A DNA stretch of 64,000 nucleotides from sequence record JX128259; one strand, given 5' to 3'. A program made the translations under genes and the position numbers. The stretch comes from Escherichia phage ECML-134. Shown here in pieces: positions 42,723-53,854 of this stretch (the stretch's first letter is position 1; the number at the start of each line of letters is the position of its first letter). The notes under the pieces are model-generated. The model ran no database searches, was not told the origin of the DNA, and worked only from the letters and a program-made list of their open reading frames with translations.

Positions 42723-43376
42723 TTAATACTTGCAAGATTTCACAGTTTCAATGAAAACATTTTTAGCTTTCTGTGAATCAATATTTAAAATTTTTCTATA
42801 AGCCTTTAACTTTATAGAATAATTATTCCAGACTAAATTATCAGTCTGTTCATCATGTTTATCAATTATATTTAAAAACGAATCAAGCAAGATAAACGTT
42901 TCAAACGAAATTATATTCGATTGAAGTAGTTTAAAAATATAACTTGATTGAACTTTTGGATTATACTCAAAGATTTCTTTAAAAGCAGAAACTTCAACTT
43001 TTTTACTAAAATAGTAAATATTGCGAATATCTTCTTCAAACTTAAATTTAATTTGCTTTAAGCGTCCGATATATTCACGATAAAACACAAGTGCATCAGC
43101 GTCAGAGATGTCACCAATCCAAGCATCTTGGTTAGCAACCAAATTACTTATAAAAATTAAAGCAAGTTCCTTTAATTTATATTTTTCTGATAACTTCTGG
43201 AAAAAATACTTATCCCTTCGCTTTTGATAAGCGGCATCAGACACCCGCATGCACCAATTATACTTAATAACATCATACTTTCCATTCATATGCTGTTTTA
43301 TCATTAAGTATAATTTATAAACTGATTTACCATCAATGTATCTTTCACCACCAGCAGGCATGCGGAGTTTAATCAT
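42723..43376 (-). CDS. 59: gp59 helicase loader
   Basis: 217 aa, T4 length and position. Confidence 0.9.
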   Translation of the reverse strand: MIKLRMPAGGERYIDGKSVYKLYLMIKQHMNGKYDVIKYNWCMRVSDAAYQKRRDKYFFQKLSEKYKLKELALIFISNLVANQDAWIGDISDADALVFYREYIGRLKQIKFKFEEDIRNIYYFSKKVEVSAFKEIFEYNPKVQSSYIFKLLQSNIISFETFILLDSFLNIIDKHDEQTDNLVWNNYSIKLKAYRKILNIDSQKAKNVFIETVKSCKY

Positions 43377-43711
43377 AGTAGAAAATCTAATGTATTAGTT
43401 TTTTCACAACGAACAACAGGAGGACGTAAAAGATTTTCGTCAATGGCTTCTGACTGAATTTTTTCAATTATACCCGAAGGAATAAATTTAGCAAATTGAG
43501 TTTCAGGAATAGAGTTTTCTTCCAAGAATGCTGTCGTAGCTTCAAGATAACTCATTCCAAACTCTTCTACCATTTTTTCAATAATAAATCCATTTTCTTG
43601 ACGATCAAGAAGCTTTGCTATTTCATCCTTTTCTTTTTTGATTGAAAGTTCTTTTTCTGAAAGACCGGTCTCATCGACCGGACGAATATCATTTAGAGAA
43701 AACTGTGTCAT
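43373..43711 (-). CDS. 33: gp33 late transcription co-activator
   Basis: 112 aa from MTQFSLND...; T4 position. Confidence 0.85.
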   Translation of the reverse strand: MTQFSLNDIRPVDETGLSEKELSIKKEKDEIAKLLDRQENGFIIEKMVEEFGMSYLEATTAFLEENSIPETQFAKFIPSGIIEKIQSEAIDENLLRPPVVRCEKTNTLDFLL

Positions 43712-43958
43712 AAAGTTCAACTACCTCTTCAGTTTCAGCTTCAAACACATCACGATTATCTTTATGATACAAAGCTAATAGACGATTAAACATCTTACCA
43801 TCAACGCCAAGTTCATCTTTAGCACGAATTCGAATATCTTTAATCAGTTCATTATAACCGGAAATTTTCAGTTTATGATCAGATGCTTCTTTAATAAATT
43901 TAGCCAAGTCTTCGCCATGGATAGCTTCATCAAATTCAACCATTTCTTTTTTAGCCAT
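43689..43958 (-). CDS. dsbA: DsbA dsDNA-binding late transcription enhancer
   Basis: 89 aa, T4 length and position. Confidence 0.85.
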   Translation of the reverse strand: MAKKEMVEFDEAIHGEDLAKFIKEASDHKLKISGYNELIKDIRIRAKDELGVDGKMFNRLLALYHKDNRDVFEAETEEVVELYDTVFSK

Positions 43959-43966
43959 TATTCACC

Positions 43967-44884
43967 TCAAAATTCATTAATGCTATTAGTTAATTTAGAA
44001 AGACCCGCTTTTACAAAATATGAATAAATTTTGCCACGCGGTGGTAATTTATATGAATTATAGTAATTCACAATGTTTGAAGCAATATTATCAGGAATAT
44101 AATCAAAATCAATTAGAACTAAATTTTCTTTATAACGATTATATTCAGATTCTGTGAGAAGCACCTTAGCTTGCTCACGGTCATTAGCAATAGCTTCAAC
44201 GATTGAAGTTTTCATTGAAGGAGTTCGTTCACCTTCAACTCTGGTAAACCAAAAGTCAGATCGTACTTTAACTGAAGCAACGTTATCCTTTTTGTCGCCT
44301 TTAAGGATTTTAGTCATACAGTCAATTTCAGCAGAACCGCTTTTAATTTTAACCCATTTCTTATGCATCGGTGACCATTGCTTAACATTTGGATATTTGT
44401 GAAGCTGTGTAAAGTCACCATCCGATGAAATGATTAAAATCTTATGTCCTTCTAAAGAGAACTTTTTAACAAGAACAGCAATGTGGTCATCTGCTTCATA
44501 CTTATCAATATCCATAACAATGTATGGCATATAAGCTTTCAATTCATCTATAACTTTATGGCTGGATTCAAAATAACCTTCCCAGTCCCAAGTAGATTCT
44601 TCTCGTGCTTTTCCACGGTTTTTCTTGTAATAGTAAGCGAAATCACGACGCCAGTATCCAGATTTCGCGTTATCAATACACAGCACAATTTTAGTGTATC
44701 CAAGCGTTTTTGCTTTTTTGACATTAAACTTAATTGAGTTCAATATCAAATGACGAACCATCGATAAATTAATTTTTTCTTTATCTGGGAAGTTTACCAG
44801 AGCAGTTGAAAGAGCAATTTGACTAAAGTCGATAAAGCAAATTCCTTCTTTGTAATCTTCATCCAGCATCATTTCTAAATCCAT
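43967..44884 (-). CDS. rnh: RNase H / 5-prime-3-prime exonuclease (FEN-like)
   Basis: 305 aa from MDLEMMLDEDYKEG...; T4 length and position. Confidence 0.9.
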   Translation of the reverse strand: MDLEMMLDEDYKEGICFIDFSQIALSTALVNFPDKEKINLSMVRHLILNSIKFNVKKAKTLGYTKIVLCIDNAKSGYWRRDFAYYYKKNRGKAREESTWDWEGYFESSHKVIDELKAYMPYIVMDIDKYEADDHIAVLVKKFSLEGHKILIISSDGDFTQLHKYPNVKQWSPMHKKWVKIKSGSAEIDCMTKILKGDKKDNVASVKVRSDFWFTRVEGERTPSMKTSIVEAIANDREQAKVLLTESEYNRYKENLVLIDFDYIPDNIASNIVNYYNSYKLPPRGKIYSYFVKAGLSKLTNSINEF

Positions 44885-44946
44885 ATGAACCTCGTTCAAT
44901 TAGTGAGATTTCTATTATATACTATCTAAATCTTAAAGTAAACAGG

Positions 44947-44954
44947 TATAAATA
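44947..44954 (+). promoter_or_regulatory. Late promoter TATAAATA (gene 34 tail-fibre operon)
   Basis: Exact octamer about 35 nt upstream of the gene 34 ATG. Confidence 0.75.
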
Positions 44955-44988
44955 CTTATTATTGAAAACACAATAGGAGCCCGGGAGA

Positions 44989-47900
44989 ATGGCCGAGATT
45001 AAAAGAAAGTTCAGAGCAGAAGATGGTCTGGACGCAGGTGGCGATAAAATAATCAACGTAGCTTTAGCTGATCGTACCGTAGGAACTGACGGTGTTAACG
45101 TTGATTACTTAATTCAAGAAAACACAGTTCAGCAATATGATCCAACTCGTGGATATTTAAAAGATTTTGTAATCATTTATAATAATCGTTTTTGGGCAGC
45201 AACGGATAATATTCCAAAACCTGCTGGAAATTTTAATAGAATTCGTTGGAAAGCATTACGTACTGATGCCGTATATACAACCGTATCATCTGGACCATAT
45301 CAATTAAAATCCGGAGAAGCAATTTCAGTAGATACATCAGTTGGCAATGACATTGAATTTACTTTACCACCTTCTCCGCTTGATGGAGAAACCGTAATAA
45401 TTCAAGATATCGGTGGAAAACCTGGCATAAATCAGGTTAAAATAAATTCTTCAAATCAGAGTATTGTCAATTTTAGAGGTGAACAGGTACGTTCAGTTTT
45501 AATGACTCATCCAAAGTCACAGATGGTATTCATTTTTAATAATCGTTTGTGGCAAATGTATATTGCTGATTATAGCAGAGAAGCTGCGATTGTTACTCCA
45601 TCGACTGCATATCAAGCACAATCTAATGATTTTATCGTACGTAGATTTACTTCTGCCGCACCGATTAATGTTAAACTTCCAAGATTTGCCAATCATGGAG
45701 ATATCATTAATTTCGTTGATTTAGATAAATTAAATCCACTTTATCATACAATTGTTACAACATATGATGAAACGACGTCAGTGCAAGAAGTTGGAACTCA
45801 TTCCATTGAAGGCCGTACATCGATTGACGGTTTCTTGATGTTTGATGATAATGAGAAATTGTGGAGATTGTTTGACGGGGATAGTAAAGCACGTTTACGC
45901 ATTATAACAACTAATTCTAATATTCGTCCAAATGAAGAAGTCATGGTATTTGGCGCGAATAACGGAACAACTCAGACAATTGAGCTTCAGCTTCCGACTG
46001 ATATTTCTGTTGGTGATACTGTTAAAATTTCCATGAATTACATGAGAAAAGGACAAACAGTTAAAATCAAAGCTGCCGGTGAAGATAAAATTGCTTCTTC
46101 AGTTCAATTGCTGCAATTCCCAAAACGTTCAGAATATCCGCCTGAAGCTGAATGGGTAACAGTTCAAGAATTAGTTTTTAACGGTGAAACTAATTATGTT
46201 CCAGTTTTACAACTTGCTTATATAGAAGATTCTGATGGAAAATACTGGGTTGTACAGCAAAACGTTCCAACTGTAGAAAGAGTAGACTCTTTAAATGCTT
46301 CTACTAGAGCAAGATTAGGCGTAATTGCTTTAGCTACGCAAGCTCAAGCAAATGCTGATTTAGAAAGTTCTCCACAAAAAGAATTGGCAATTACTCCAGA
46401 AACGTTAGCTAATCGTACTGCTACAGAAACTCGCAGAGGTATTGCAAGAATAGCAACTACTGCTCAAGTGAATCAGAACACCACATTCTCTTTTGCGGAT
46501 GACCTTATCATCACTCCTAAAAAGCTGAATGAAAGAACTGCTACAGAAACTCGTAGAGGTGTTGCTGAAATTGCTACGCAGCAGGAAACTAATACAGGTA
46601 CTGATGATACTACAATCATCACTCCTAAAAAGCTTCAAGCTCGTCAAGGTTCTGAATCATTATCTGGTATTGTAACTTTTGTATCTACGGCGAGTGCTAC
46701 TCCAGCTTCTAGTCGTGAATTAAATGGTACAAATGTTTATAATAAAAACACTAATAATTTAGTTGTTTCGCCAAAAGCACTTGATCAGTATAAAGCTACT
46801 CCAACGCAACAAGGCGCAGTAATTTTAGCAGTTGAAAGTGAAGTAATTGCTGGACAAAGCCAAGAAGGATGGGCAAATGCGGTTGTAACGCCAGAAACGT
46901 TACATAAAAAGACATCAACTGATGGAAGAATTGGTTTAATTGAAATTGCTACGCAAAGTGAAGTTAATACAGGAACTGACTATACTCGTGCAGTCACTCC
47001 TAAAACTTTAAATGACCGTAGAGCAACTGAAAGTTTAAGTGGTATAGCTGAAATTGCTACGCAAGTTGAATTCGACGCAGGCGTCGACGATACTCGTATC
47101 TCTACACCATTAAAAATTAAAACCAGATTTAATAGTACTGATCGTACTTCTGTTGCTACTCTATCTGGATTAGTTGAATCAGGAACTCTCTGGGACCATT
47201 ATACCCTTAATATTCTTGAAGCAAATGAGACACAGCGTGGTACACTTCGTGTAGCTACACAAGTTGAAGCTGCTGCAGGAACATTAGATAATGTTTTAAT
47301 AACTCCTAAAAAGCTTTTAGGTACTAAATCTACTGAAGCGCAAGAAGGTGTTATTAAAGTTGCAACTCAGTCTGAAACTGTGACTGGAACATCAGCAAAT
47401 ACTGCTGTATCTCCAAAAAATTTAAAGTGGATTGTGCAGAGTGAACCAACTTGGGCAGCAACTACTCTGATAAGAGGGTTTGTTAAAACTTCATCTGGTT
47501 CAATTACATTCGTTGGTAATGATACCGTTGGTTCAACGCAGTCATTAGAATCATATGAGAAAAATGGTTATGCAGTATCACCATATGAATTAAATCGCGT
47601 ATTAGCAAATTATTTGCCATTAAAAGCAAAAGCTGTAGATAGTAATTTATTAGATGGTCTAGATTCGCTCCAGTTCATTCGTAGGGACATTGCACAAACA
47701 GTTAATGGTTCACTAACCTTAACCCAACAAACGAATCTGAGTGCCCCTCTTGTATCATCTAGTACTGCTACATTCGGTGGATCAGTTTCAGCAAATAGTA
47801 CATTAACTATTTCTAATACTGGAACGGCAACTCGTCTGATTTTTGAGAAAGGACCTCAAACTGGAACAAACCCGGCTCAAACGATGACAGTCAGAGTGTG

Positions 47901-48858
47901 GGGAAATCAATTTAGTGGGGAATCAGACACAACACGTTCTACCGTATTTGAAGTTAGTGATGAAACGTCTAGTCATTTTTATTCTCAGCGTAATAAAGCT
48001 GGAAATATAACATTTAATATCAACGGTACAGTAACACCGATAAATGTTAATGCTTCAGGAACATTGAATGCAAATGGCGTAGCAACATTTGGTAATTCAG
48101 TCACTGCAACTGGTGAAATTATTTCTCGAAGCGCAAATGCTTTCCGTGCTATTAACGGAAATTATGGTTTCATTGTTCGCAATGATGGGTCAGTAACGAA
48201 TTTTATGCTTACTGCATCGGGTGATCAAACCGGCGGATTTAATGGATTGCGTCCTTTAGCTATTAATAATGCATCTGGCCAAGTAACGATTGGTGAAAGC
48301 TTAATCATTGCAAAAGGTGCTACTATAAGTTCAGGCGGTTTAACTGTTAACTCGAGAATTCGTTCTCAAGGTGTTAAAACATCTGATTTATATACCCGTG
48401 CGCCAACATCTGATACAGTAGGATTCTGGTCAATTGATATTAACGATTCAGCCACTTATAATCAATTCCCTGGTTATTTTAAAATGGTTGAAAAAACTAA
48501 TGAAGTGACTGGACTTCCATATTTAGAACGCGGTGAAGAAGTTAAATCTCCTGGTACATTGACTCAGTTTGGTAACACGCTTGATTCGCTTTATCAAGAT
48601 TGGATTACTTATCCAACGACTCCAGAAGCACGTACCACTCGCTGGACGCGTACATGGCAGAAAACTAAAAATTCTTGGTCAAGTTTTGTTCAGGTATTCG
48701 ATGGAGGTAATCCTCCTCAACCTTCGGATATAGGAGCAATCCCATCTGATAATGGAATAATAGGTAATCTTACTATTCGTGATTTCTTACGAATTGGTAA
48801 TGTTCGCATTATTCCTGACCCAGTGAATAAAACTGTTAAATTTGAATGGGTTGAATAA
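44989..48858 (+). CDS. 34: Long tail fibre proximal subunit gp34
   Basis: 1289 aa, T4 length; late promoter and GGAG RBS upstream; internal TPKKL repeat motifs. Confidence 0.95.
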   Translation: MAEIKRKFRAEDGLDAGGDKIINVALADRTVGTDGVNVDYLIQENTVQQYDPTRGYLKDFVIIYNNRFWAATDNIPKPAGNFNRIRWKALRTDAVYTTVSSGPYQLKSGEAISVDTSVGNDIEFTLPPSPLDGETVIIQDIGGKPGINQVKINSSNQSIVNFRGEQVRSVLMTHPKSQMVFIFNNRLWQMYIADYSREAAIVTPSTAYQAQSNDFIVRRFTSAAPINVKLPRFANHGDIINFVDLDKLNPLYHTIVTTYDETTSVQEVGTHSIEGRTSIDGFLMFDDNEKLWRLFDGDSKARLRIITTNSNIRPNEEVMVFGANNGTTQTIELQLPTDISVGDTVKISMNYMRKGQTVKIKAAGEDKIASSVQLLQFPKRSEYPPEAEWVTVQELVFNGETNYVPVLQLAYIEDSDGKYWVVQQNVPTVERVDSLNASTRARLGVIALATQAQANADLESSPQKELAITPETLANRTATETRRGIARIATTAQVNQNTTFSFADDLIITPKKLNERTATETRRGVAEIATQQETNTGTDDTTIITPKKLQARQGSESLSGIVTFVSTASATPASSRELNGTNVYNKNTNNLVVSPKALDQYKATPTQQGAVILAVESEVIAGQSQEGWANAVVTPETLHKKTSTDGRIGLIEIATQSEVNTGTDYTRAVTPKTLNDRRATESLSGIAEIATQVEFDAGVDDTRISTPLKIKTRFNSTDRTSVATLSGLVESGTLWDHYTLNILEANETQRGTLRVATQVEAAAGTLDNVLITPKKLLGTKSTEAQEGVIKVATQSETVTGTSANTAVSPKNLKWIVQSEPTWAATTLIRGFVKTSSGSITFVGNDTVGSTQSLESYEKNGYAVSPYELNRVLANYLPLKAKAVDSNLLDGLDSLQFIRRDIAQTVNGSLTLTQQTNLSAPLVSSSTATFGGSVSANSTLTISNTGTATRLIFEKGPQTGTNPAQTMTVRVWGNQFSGESDTTRSTVFEVSDETSSHFYSQRNKAGNITFNINGTVTPINVNASGTLNANGVATFGNSVTATGEIISRSANAFRAINGNYGFIVRNDGSVTNFMLTASGDQTGGFNGLRPLAINNASGQVTIGESLIIAKGATISSGGLTVNSRIRSQGVKTSDLYTRAPTSDTVGFWSIDINDSATYNQFPGYFKMVEKTNEVTGLPYLERGEEVKSPGTLTQFGNTLDSLYQDWITYPTTPEARTTRWTRTWQKTKNSWSSFVQVFDGGNPPQPSDIGAIPSDNGIIGNLTIRDFLRIGNVRIIPDPVNKTVKFEWVE

Positions 48859-48866
48859 GAGGTATT

Positions 48867-49982
48867 ATGGAAAAATTTATGGCAGAGTTTGGACAAGGAT
48901 ATGTCCAAACGCCATTTTTATCGGAAAGCAATTCAGTAAGATATAAAATAAGCATAGCGGGTTCTTGCCCGCTTTCTACTGCGGGACCATATGTTAAATT
49001 TCAGGATAATCCCGTTGGAAATCAAACATTTAGTGCAGGTCTTCATTTAAGAGTTTTTGACCCTTCTACGGGAGCATTAGTTGATAGTAAGTCATATGCT
49101 TTTTCTGCTTCAAACAATACAACATCTGCCGCTTTTGTCAGTTTCATGAATTCTTTGTCAAACAATAAACTTGTTGCTATATTAACTAGCGGAAAGGTTA
49201 ATTTTCCTCCTGAAGTGGTATCTTGGTTAAGGGAAGCAGGAACTTCAGTTTTTCCATCAGATTCCGTATTGTCAAGATTTGACGTATCATATGCTGCTTT
49301 TTACACTTCTTCTAAAAGAGCTATCGCATTAGAGCATGTTAAACTAAGTAATAGAAAAAGCACAGATGACTATCAAACTATGTTAGATGTTGTATTTGAT
49401 AGTTTAGAAGACGTTGGAGCGACAGGATTTCCAAAAAGAACTTATGAAAGCGTTGAACAATTTATGTCTGCGGTTGGAGGAACTAATAATGAAATTGCGC
49501 GATTGCCAACTTCAGCTGCTATAAGTAAACTTTCTGACTACAATTTAATTCCTGGTGATGTTCTTTATCTTAAAGCACAGTTATATGCTGATGCTGATTT
49601 ACTTGATCTTGGAACTACAAACATATCCATTCGTTTTTATGATGCATCAAATGGATATATTTCCTCTACCCAAGCTGAGTTTACTGGGCAAGCTGGGTCT
49701 TGGGAATTAAAGGAAGATTATGTAGTTGTTCCTGAAAATGCAGTCGGATTTACTATATATGCACAGAGAACTGCTCAAGCTGGTCAAGGCGGAATGAGGA
49801 ATTTAAGCTTTTCTGAAGTATCAAGAAATGGCGGCATTTCAAAACCTGCCGAATTTGGCGTCAATGGTATTCGTGTTAATTATATCGGTGAATCCTCTTC
49901 ACCTCCAGATATAATGGTACTTCCTACACAGGCATCGTCTAAAACTGGTAAAGTGTTTGGACAGGAATTTAGAGAAGTTTAA
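48867..49982 (+). CDS. 35: Long tail fibre hinge connector gp35
   Basis: 371 aa, T4 position. Confidence 0.9.
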   Translation: MEKFMAEFGQGYVQTPFLSESNSVRYKISIAGSCPLSTAGPYVKFQDNPVGNQTFSAGLHLRVFDPSTGALVDSKSYAFSASNNTTSAAFVSFMNSLSNNKLVAILTSGKVNFPPEVVSWLREAGTSVFPSDSVLSRFDVSYAAFYTSSKRAIALEHVKLSNRKSTDDYQTMLDVVFDSLEDVGATGFPKRTYESVEQFMSAVGGTNNEIARLPTSAAISKLSDYNLIPGDVLYLKAQLYADADLLDLGTTNISIRFYDASNGYISSTQAEFTGQAGSWELKEDYVVVPENAVGFTIYAQRTAQAGQGGMRNLSFSEVSRNGGISKPAEFGVNGIRVNYIGESSSPPDIMVLPTQASSKTGKVFGQEFREV

Positions 49983-49986
49983 ACTG

Positions 49987-50011
49987 AGGGAGCCTTCGGG
50001 TTCCTTTTTTC
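49987..50011 (+). terminator. Terminator after gene 35
   Basis: GGGAGCC-TTCG-GGTTCC followed by TTTTTT. Confidence 0.75.
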
Positions 50012-50013
50012 TT

Positions 50014-50021
50014 TATAAATA
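50014..50021 (+). promoter_or_regulatory. Late promoter TATAAATA (gene 36)
   Basis: Exact octamer just after the terminator following gene 35. Confidence 0.75.
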
Positions 50022-50044
50022 ATATTAAAATAAAGGGGCATACA

Positions 50045-50734
50045 ATGGCTGATTTAAAAGTAGGTTCAACTGTGGGTGGATCTGTCATTTGGCATCAAGG
50101 AAATTTTCCATTGAATTCAGCCGGTGACGATGTACTCTACAAATCATTTAAAATATATTCAGAATATAATAAACCGCAGGCAGCTGATAACGATTTCGTT
50201 TCTAAAGCTAATGGTGGCACAAAGTCTAGAGGTTTCCAAAAAGAAGTAGAATTTAAAGAAGGCGTTAAGATTTCTGCGACGTTTTCTGGTGGTTCAGACC
50301 TGAATGGGTTATATTCTGGCAATGGAGATGGAGCTTCCAGAGAAAAAGCTAACATGGATTTACATTCATGGTACGGCATTGGTATTTGGAATACATGCAC
50401 AGGTGATGGGGTCCAGGGACGCACAATCTGGTTTAATGCCAGGCGTGGTACAATTGAAACAGTTGGCGATATTGTTTCAGGCCGACAAGTTATTTCTAAT
50501 GCTTCAGTACCGACCGGCCCAGCACACTTAACTCGCAAAGATTATGTCGATGGAGCAATAAATACTGTTACGACAAATGCAAACTCTAGAGTGTTACGAT
50601 CTGGTGACACTATGACAGGTAATTTAACAGCACCAAACTTTTTCTCGCAGAATCCTGCATCTCAACCCTCACATGTTCCACGATTTGACCAAATCGTGAT
50701 TAAGGATTCTGTTCAAGATTTCGGCTATTATTAA
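50045..50734 (+). CDS. 36: Long tail fibre distal connector gp36
   Basis: 229 aa; late promoter upstream. Confidence 0.9.
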   Translation: MADLKVGSTVGGSVIWHQGNFPLNSAGDDVLYKSFKIYSEYNKPQAADNDFVSKANGGTKSRGFQKEVEFKEGVKISATFSGGSDLNGLYSGNGDGASREKANMDLHSWYGIGIWNTCTGDGVQGRTIWFNARRGTIETVGDIVSGRQVISNASVPTGPAHLTRKDYVDGAINTVTTNANSRVLRSGDTMTGNLTAPNFFSQNPASQPSHVPRFDQIVIKDSVQDFGYY

Positions 50735-50742
50735 GAGGACTT

Positions 50743-53700
50743 ATGGCTACTTTAAAACAAATACAATTTAAAAGAAGCAAAACTGCAGGTCAACTTCCTG
50801 CTGCTTCAGTATTAGCCGAAGGTGAATTGGCTATTAATTTAAAAGATAAAACAATTTTCACAAAAGATGACTCAGGCAATGTTATAGAATTAGGTTTAAA
50901 ATATGGAGGAACAATTGATGGTTCTTTAACTGTTAATGGAAATATAATTGGAAATTTAACAGGTAACGCTGCAACTGCAACGAAATTAAAAACAGCACGA
51001 AAAATTAATGGTATATCCTTTGATGGGTCAAAAGATATCACGCTAACTCCATCTGACATAAATGTCAATAGCACAACGTTTATAAAAAATAACGGCGAAT
51101 TACCTGTTGACGCTAATTTAGATGAATATGGGCCCACTGAAGAGTATCTTGGCGTTTGGTCGAAATCTACTTCAACAAATGCGCAACCGGCAAATAAATT
51201 CCCAGAAGAAAATGCCGTAGGTGTACTAGAAGTATTTGTGGCCGGTCAATTTGCTGGTACTCAGAGATATACTGTAAGATCTGGTAACGTATATGTTCGA
51301 TCTTTGTCTGCTAAATGGAACGGTGTTAACGGTCCGTGGGGAGTTTGGCGTAATGTTCAAGCGTCAACTCGTCCACTTTCACAAACGATTGACCTTGATA
51401 GCTTGGGAGAATTAGAACATTGCGGCTTATGGCGAAATAGTTCAAGTTCTATCGCATCGTTTGACCGTCATTATCCAGAAGAAGGAGCAGCCGCACAAGG
51501 ATTTTTGGAAATTTTTGAGGGTGGTTTATACACAAGAACTCAACGTTATACAACTAGATTTGGTGTTGTTTATACTCGCTGTCTTGCTGCTGCATGGGAT
51601 GCATCTGCGCCTAAATGGGGACCGTGGCAACAAGTCGGTAATGTCACACCGGCGACTTTCTATGACGGAGACCTGAATGATTTTAAAGCTCCTGGGTTAT
51701 ATAACATTTTAGGCACTGATGCCGTTATTAACTGTCCTACAGGTGAAGGTTTGCCGACTGTTATTGTTGGTTTGCTGGAAGTTAAACAGCGTGCTTCTGG
51801 CGGTGCTATTTTCCAAAAATTTACTACTGCCGGAACGGCTTCAACTACTCGCGATCGTATTTTTGAGCGTGCATATACTGGTGGTGCGTGGGGTGCATGG
51901 AACGAAGTATATACATCTTATTCTCTGCCAATTACTTTGGGTATGGGTGGTATTAAAGCTCAATTAGCGGAGTTAGATTGGCAAACCTTTGATTTTGTCC
52001 CTGGTAGTATGTTTAGTGTTCCTTTGAACAAAATAAAGAATATGCCAGCAAATATGGATTGGGGCACGATTGATGGAAACCTGGTTATGTTTTCCGTTGG
52101 TCCTAGCGAACGCACTAGCACAGGACGTACTGTTCAGATTTGGCGCGGCACCGTATCCCAGACAAACTACCGTTATTTTGTCGTTCGTGTGTTCGGTAAT
52201 TCTGGAAATAGAACTTGCACAGTTCGTCGTGTTGTTCTTGAAGATGGTCGCCACACATGGACAGCTCAACAAGATTTTAATGGCGCAGTTAACTTTAACT
52301 CTACTGTTAACCTTAATAACACTACCACATTTAAAACAGAAGTTAAATTTCGCTCATTGAATGCATTCCGTATGTATGGCGGAAAATTTGGTACATTTTT
52401 ACGTAATGATGGAGAGAGTCTTTATATTCTTTCCACCGACGAAGATGATCAACATGGAAACTTTAATACAAATAGACCTTTCCGTTATGAATTAAGAACT
52501 GGTGATGTTACTTTGGGTGGTGCTAGTGGTGCTAACGTTTTAAAATTAAAACGTGATTCTCTCACCGCATTTTTTGGTGGTGATATTAACATGAAAGGCA
52601 CGATGACTTTTGACGCCGGACGTTTAGGATCACGAGATTATTTTAAATTTAACCATTGGGGTGATAGTAATAATGCTCGTGATAACATTATTCAGTTAGA
52701 AGATAGCAAAGGCGTTCATTTTTCCACTGAACGTACTTTAGCGACTGGTGCAATTAAAACTAGATTCTTTGGCGAAACATTCACTGACGGGACATTATAC
52801 CTAAATCAGATGAATAATAGTTCTGAACGATTCTCTATCAACAATTGGGGAAGTTCAGAAGTTGGTCGCGCGGCAGTATTGGAAGTCGGCGATTCCAAAG
52901 GTTATCACTTCTATACGGAACGTAGAACAGATGACACCGTTTTATTTTCTGTAGCTGGTGCTTTGACCGTGCGTGGACCTAACGGAATAACCATCAAAAA
53001 CTCAACTGGTGCACGCCATATCTGGTTTAGAGATGACAGCGAATCGGAAAAGGCTGTTATTTGGGCGACCGATGAGGGTATTTTACATATTCGCAATAAC
53101 AACGGTGGACAATTTAGTCATCACTTCCAGGGCGCAATGATTAAACTGGAAGGGCGTGTTCCTTATGATGCAACAAAGGGGATTATCCGTGGTGAAGTTG
53201 ATGGTGGTGCATATGTTGCATGGAGAGACCGCCCTGCTGGTTTGTTGGTTGACTGCCAGAAAAGTATTGACAGTGCTCATGCTGTTTGGAAAGCGGTTGA
53301 TTGGGGGCGTCAATATATCGCTGCTATGGACGTTCACTGTCCGGGTGATGGTAATAATACTGCGACAGCGATTCTTCATGTTCAGGCTGCTGATTATCAA
53401 TTCCACGCAAGCGGAGAATTCGTTACCAGTGGTAACGGAAACTTTAACGATGTGTATATTCGTTCTGACCGTCGTCTGAAAATTAATGTTGAAGATTATA
53501 CCGGAAATGCGTTAAGTTTGATTGGTAAGCTGAAAGTGAAAACTTACGATAAAGTTAAATCTCTTAAGGACCGTGAAATTATCGGTCATGAGATTGGCAT
53601 TATCGCACAGGATTTACAAGAAATATTACCGGAAGCGGTGAAATCTTCAAAAGTTGGCAATCTTGATAATCCAGACGATGTTCTGACAATTTCTAACTCG

Positions 53701-53817
53701 GCAGTGAATGCTCTTTTAATTAAGGCTATTCAGGAAATGAGTGAAGAAATTAAAGAATTGAAAACTCCTTTCTTTACTAAAATTGCTCGCAAAATTAGTA
53801 AATATTTTAAATTCTAA
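50743..53817 (+). CDS. 37: Long tail fibre distal subunit gp37 (T2/T6-type, with C-terminal chaperone-like module)
   Basis: 1024 aa; N-terminus [13 protein letters not shown]... conserved with T4 gp37; no His-rich T4-type tip; C-terminal ...[21 protein letters not shown]... Confidence 0.92.
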   Translation: MATLKQIQFKRSKTAGQLPAASVLAEGELAINLKDKTIFTKDDSGNVIELGLKYGGTIDGSLTVNGNIIGNLTGNAATATKLKTARKINGISFDGSKDITLTPSDINVNSTTFIKNNGELPVDANLDEYGPTEEYLGVWSKSTSTNAQPANKFPEENAVGVLEVFVAGQFAGTQRYTVRSGNVYVRSLSAKWNGVNGPWGVWRNVQASTRPLSQTIDLDSLGELEHCGLWRNSSSSIASFDRHYPEEGAAAQGFLEIFEGGLYTRTQRYTTRFGVVYTRCLAAAWDASAPKWGPWQQVGNVTPATFYDGDLNDFKAPGLYNILGTDAVINCPTGEGLPTVIVGLLEVKQRASGGAIFQKFTTAGTASTTRDRIFERAYTGGAWGAWNEVYTSYSLPITLGMGGIKAQLAELDWQTFDFVPGSMFSVPLNKIKNMPANMDWGTIDGNLVMFSVGPSERTSTGRTVQIWRGTVSQTNYRYFVVRVFGNSGNRTCTVRRVVLEDGRHTWTAQQDFNGAVNFNSTVNLNNTTTFKTEVKFRSLNAFRMYGGKFGTFLRNDGESLYILSTDEDDQHGNFNTNRPFRYELRTGDVTLGGASGANVLKLKRDSLTAFFGGDINMKGTMTFDAGRLGSRDYFKFNHWGDSNNARDNIIQLEDSKGVHFSTERTLATGAIKTRFFGETFTDGTLYLNQMNNSSERFSINNWGSSEVGRAAVLEVGDSKGYHFYTERRTDDTVLFSVAGALTVRGPNGITIKNSTGARHIWFRDDSESEKAVIWATDEGILHIRNNNGGQFSHHFQGAMIKLEGRVPYDATKGIIRGEVDGGAYVAWRDRPAGLLVDCQKSIDSAHAVWKAVDWGRQYIAAMDVHCPGDGNNTATAILHVQAADYQFHASGEFVTSGNGNFNDVYIRSDRRLKINVEDYTGNALSLIGKLKVKTYDKVKSLKDREIIGHEIGIIAQDLQEILPEAVKSSKVGNLDNPDDVLTISNSAVNALLIKAIQEMSEEIKELKTPFFTKIARKISKYFKF

Positions 53818-53822
53818 CAACA

Positions 53823-53843
53823 AGGGGGCAACGCCCCCCTTTG
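53823..53843 (+). terminator. Hairpin after gene 37 (weak T-run)
   Basis: GGGGGC-AAC-GCCCCCC then TTTGG. Confidence 0.5.
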
Positions 53844-53854
53844 GAGTATAAATT

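Noticed and set aside
50790-53479. Multiple ORFs of 60-130 aa on either strand inside gene 37
   Set aside because: Nested within or antisense to the 1024-aa tail-fibre gene; no RBS or promoter; typical chance frames in a long gene.
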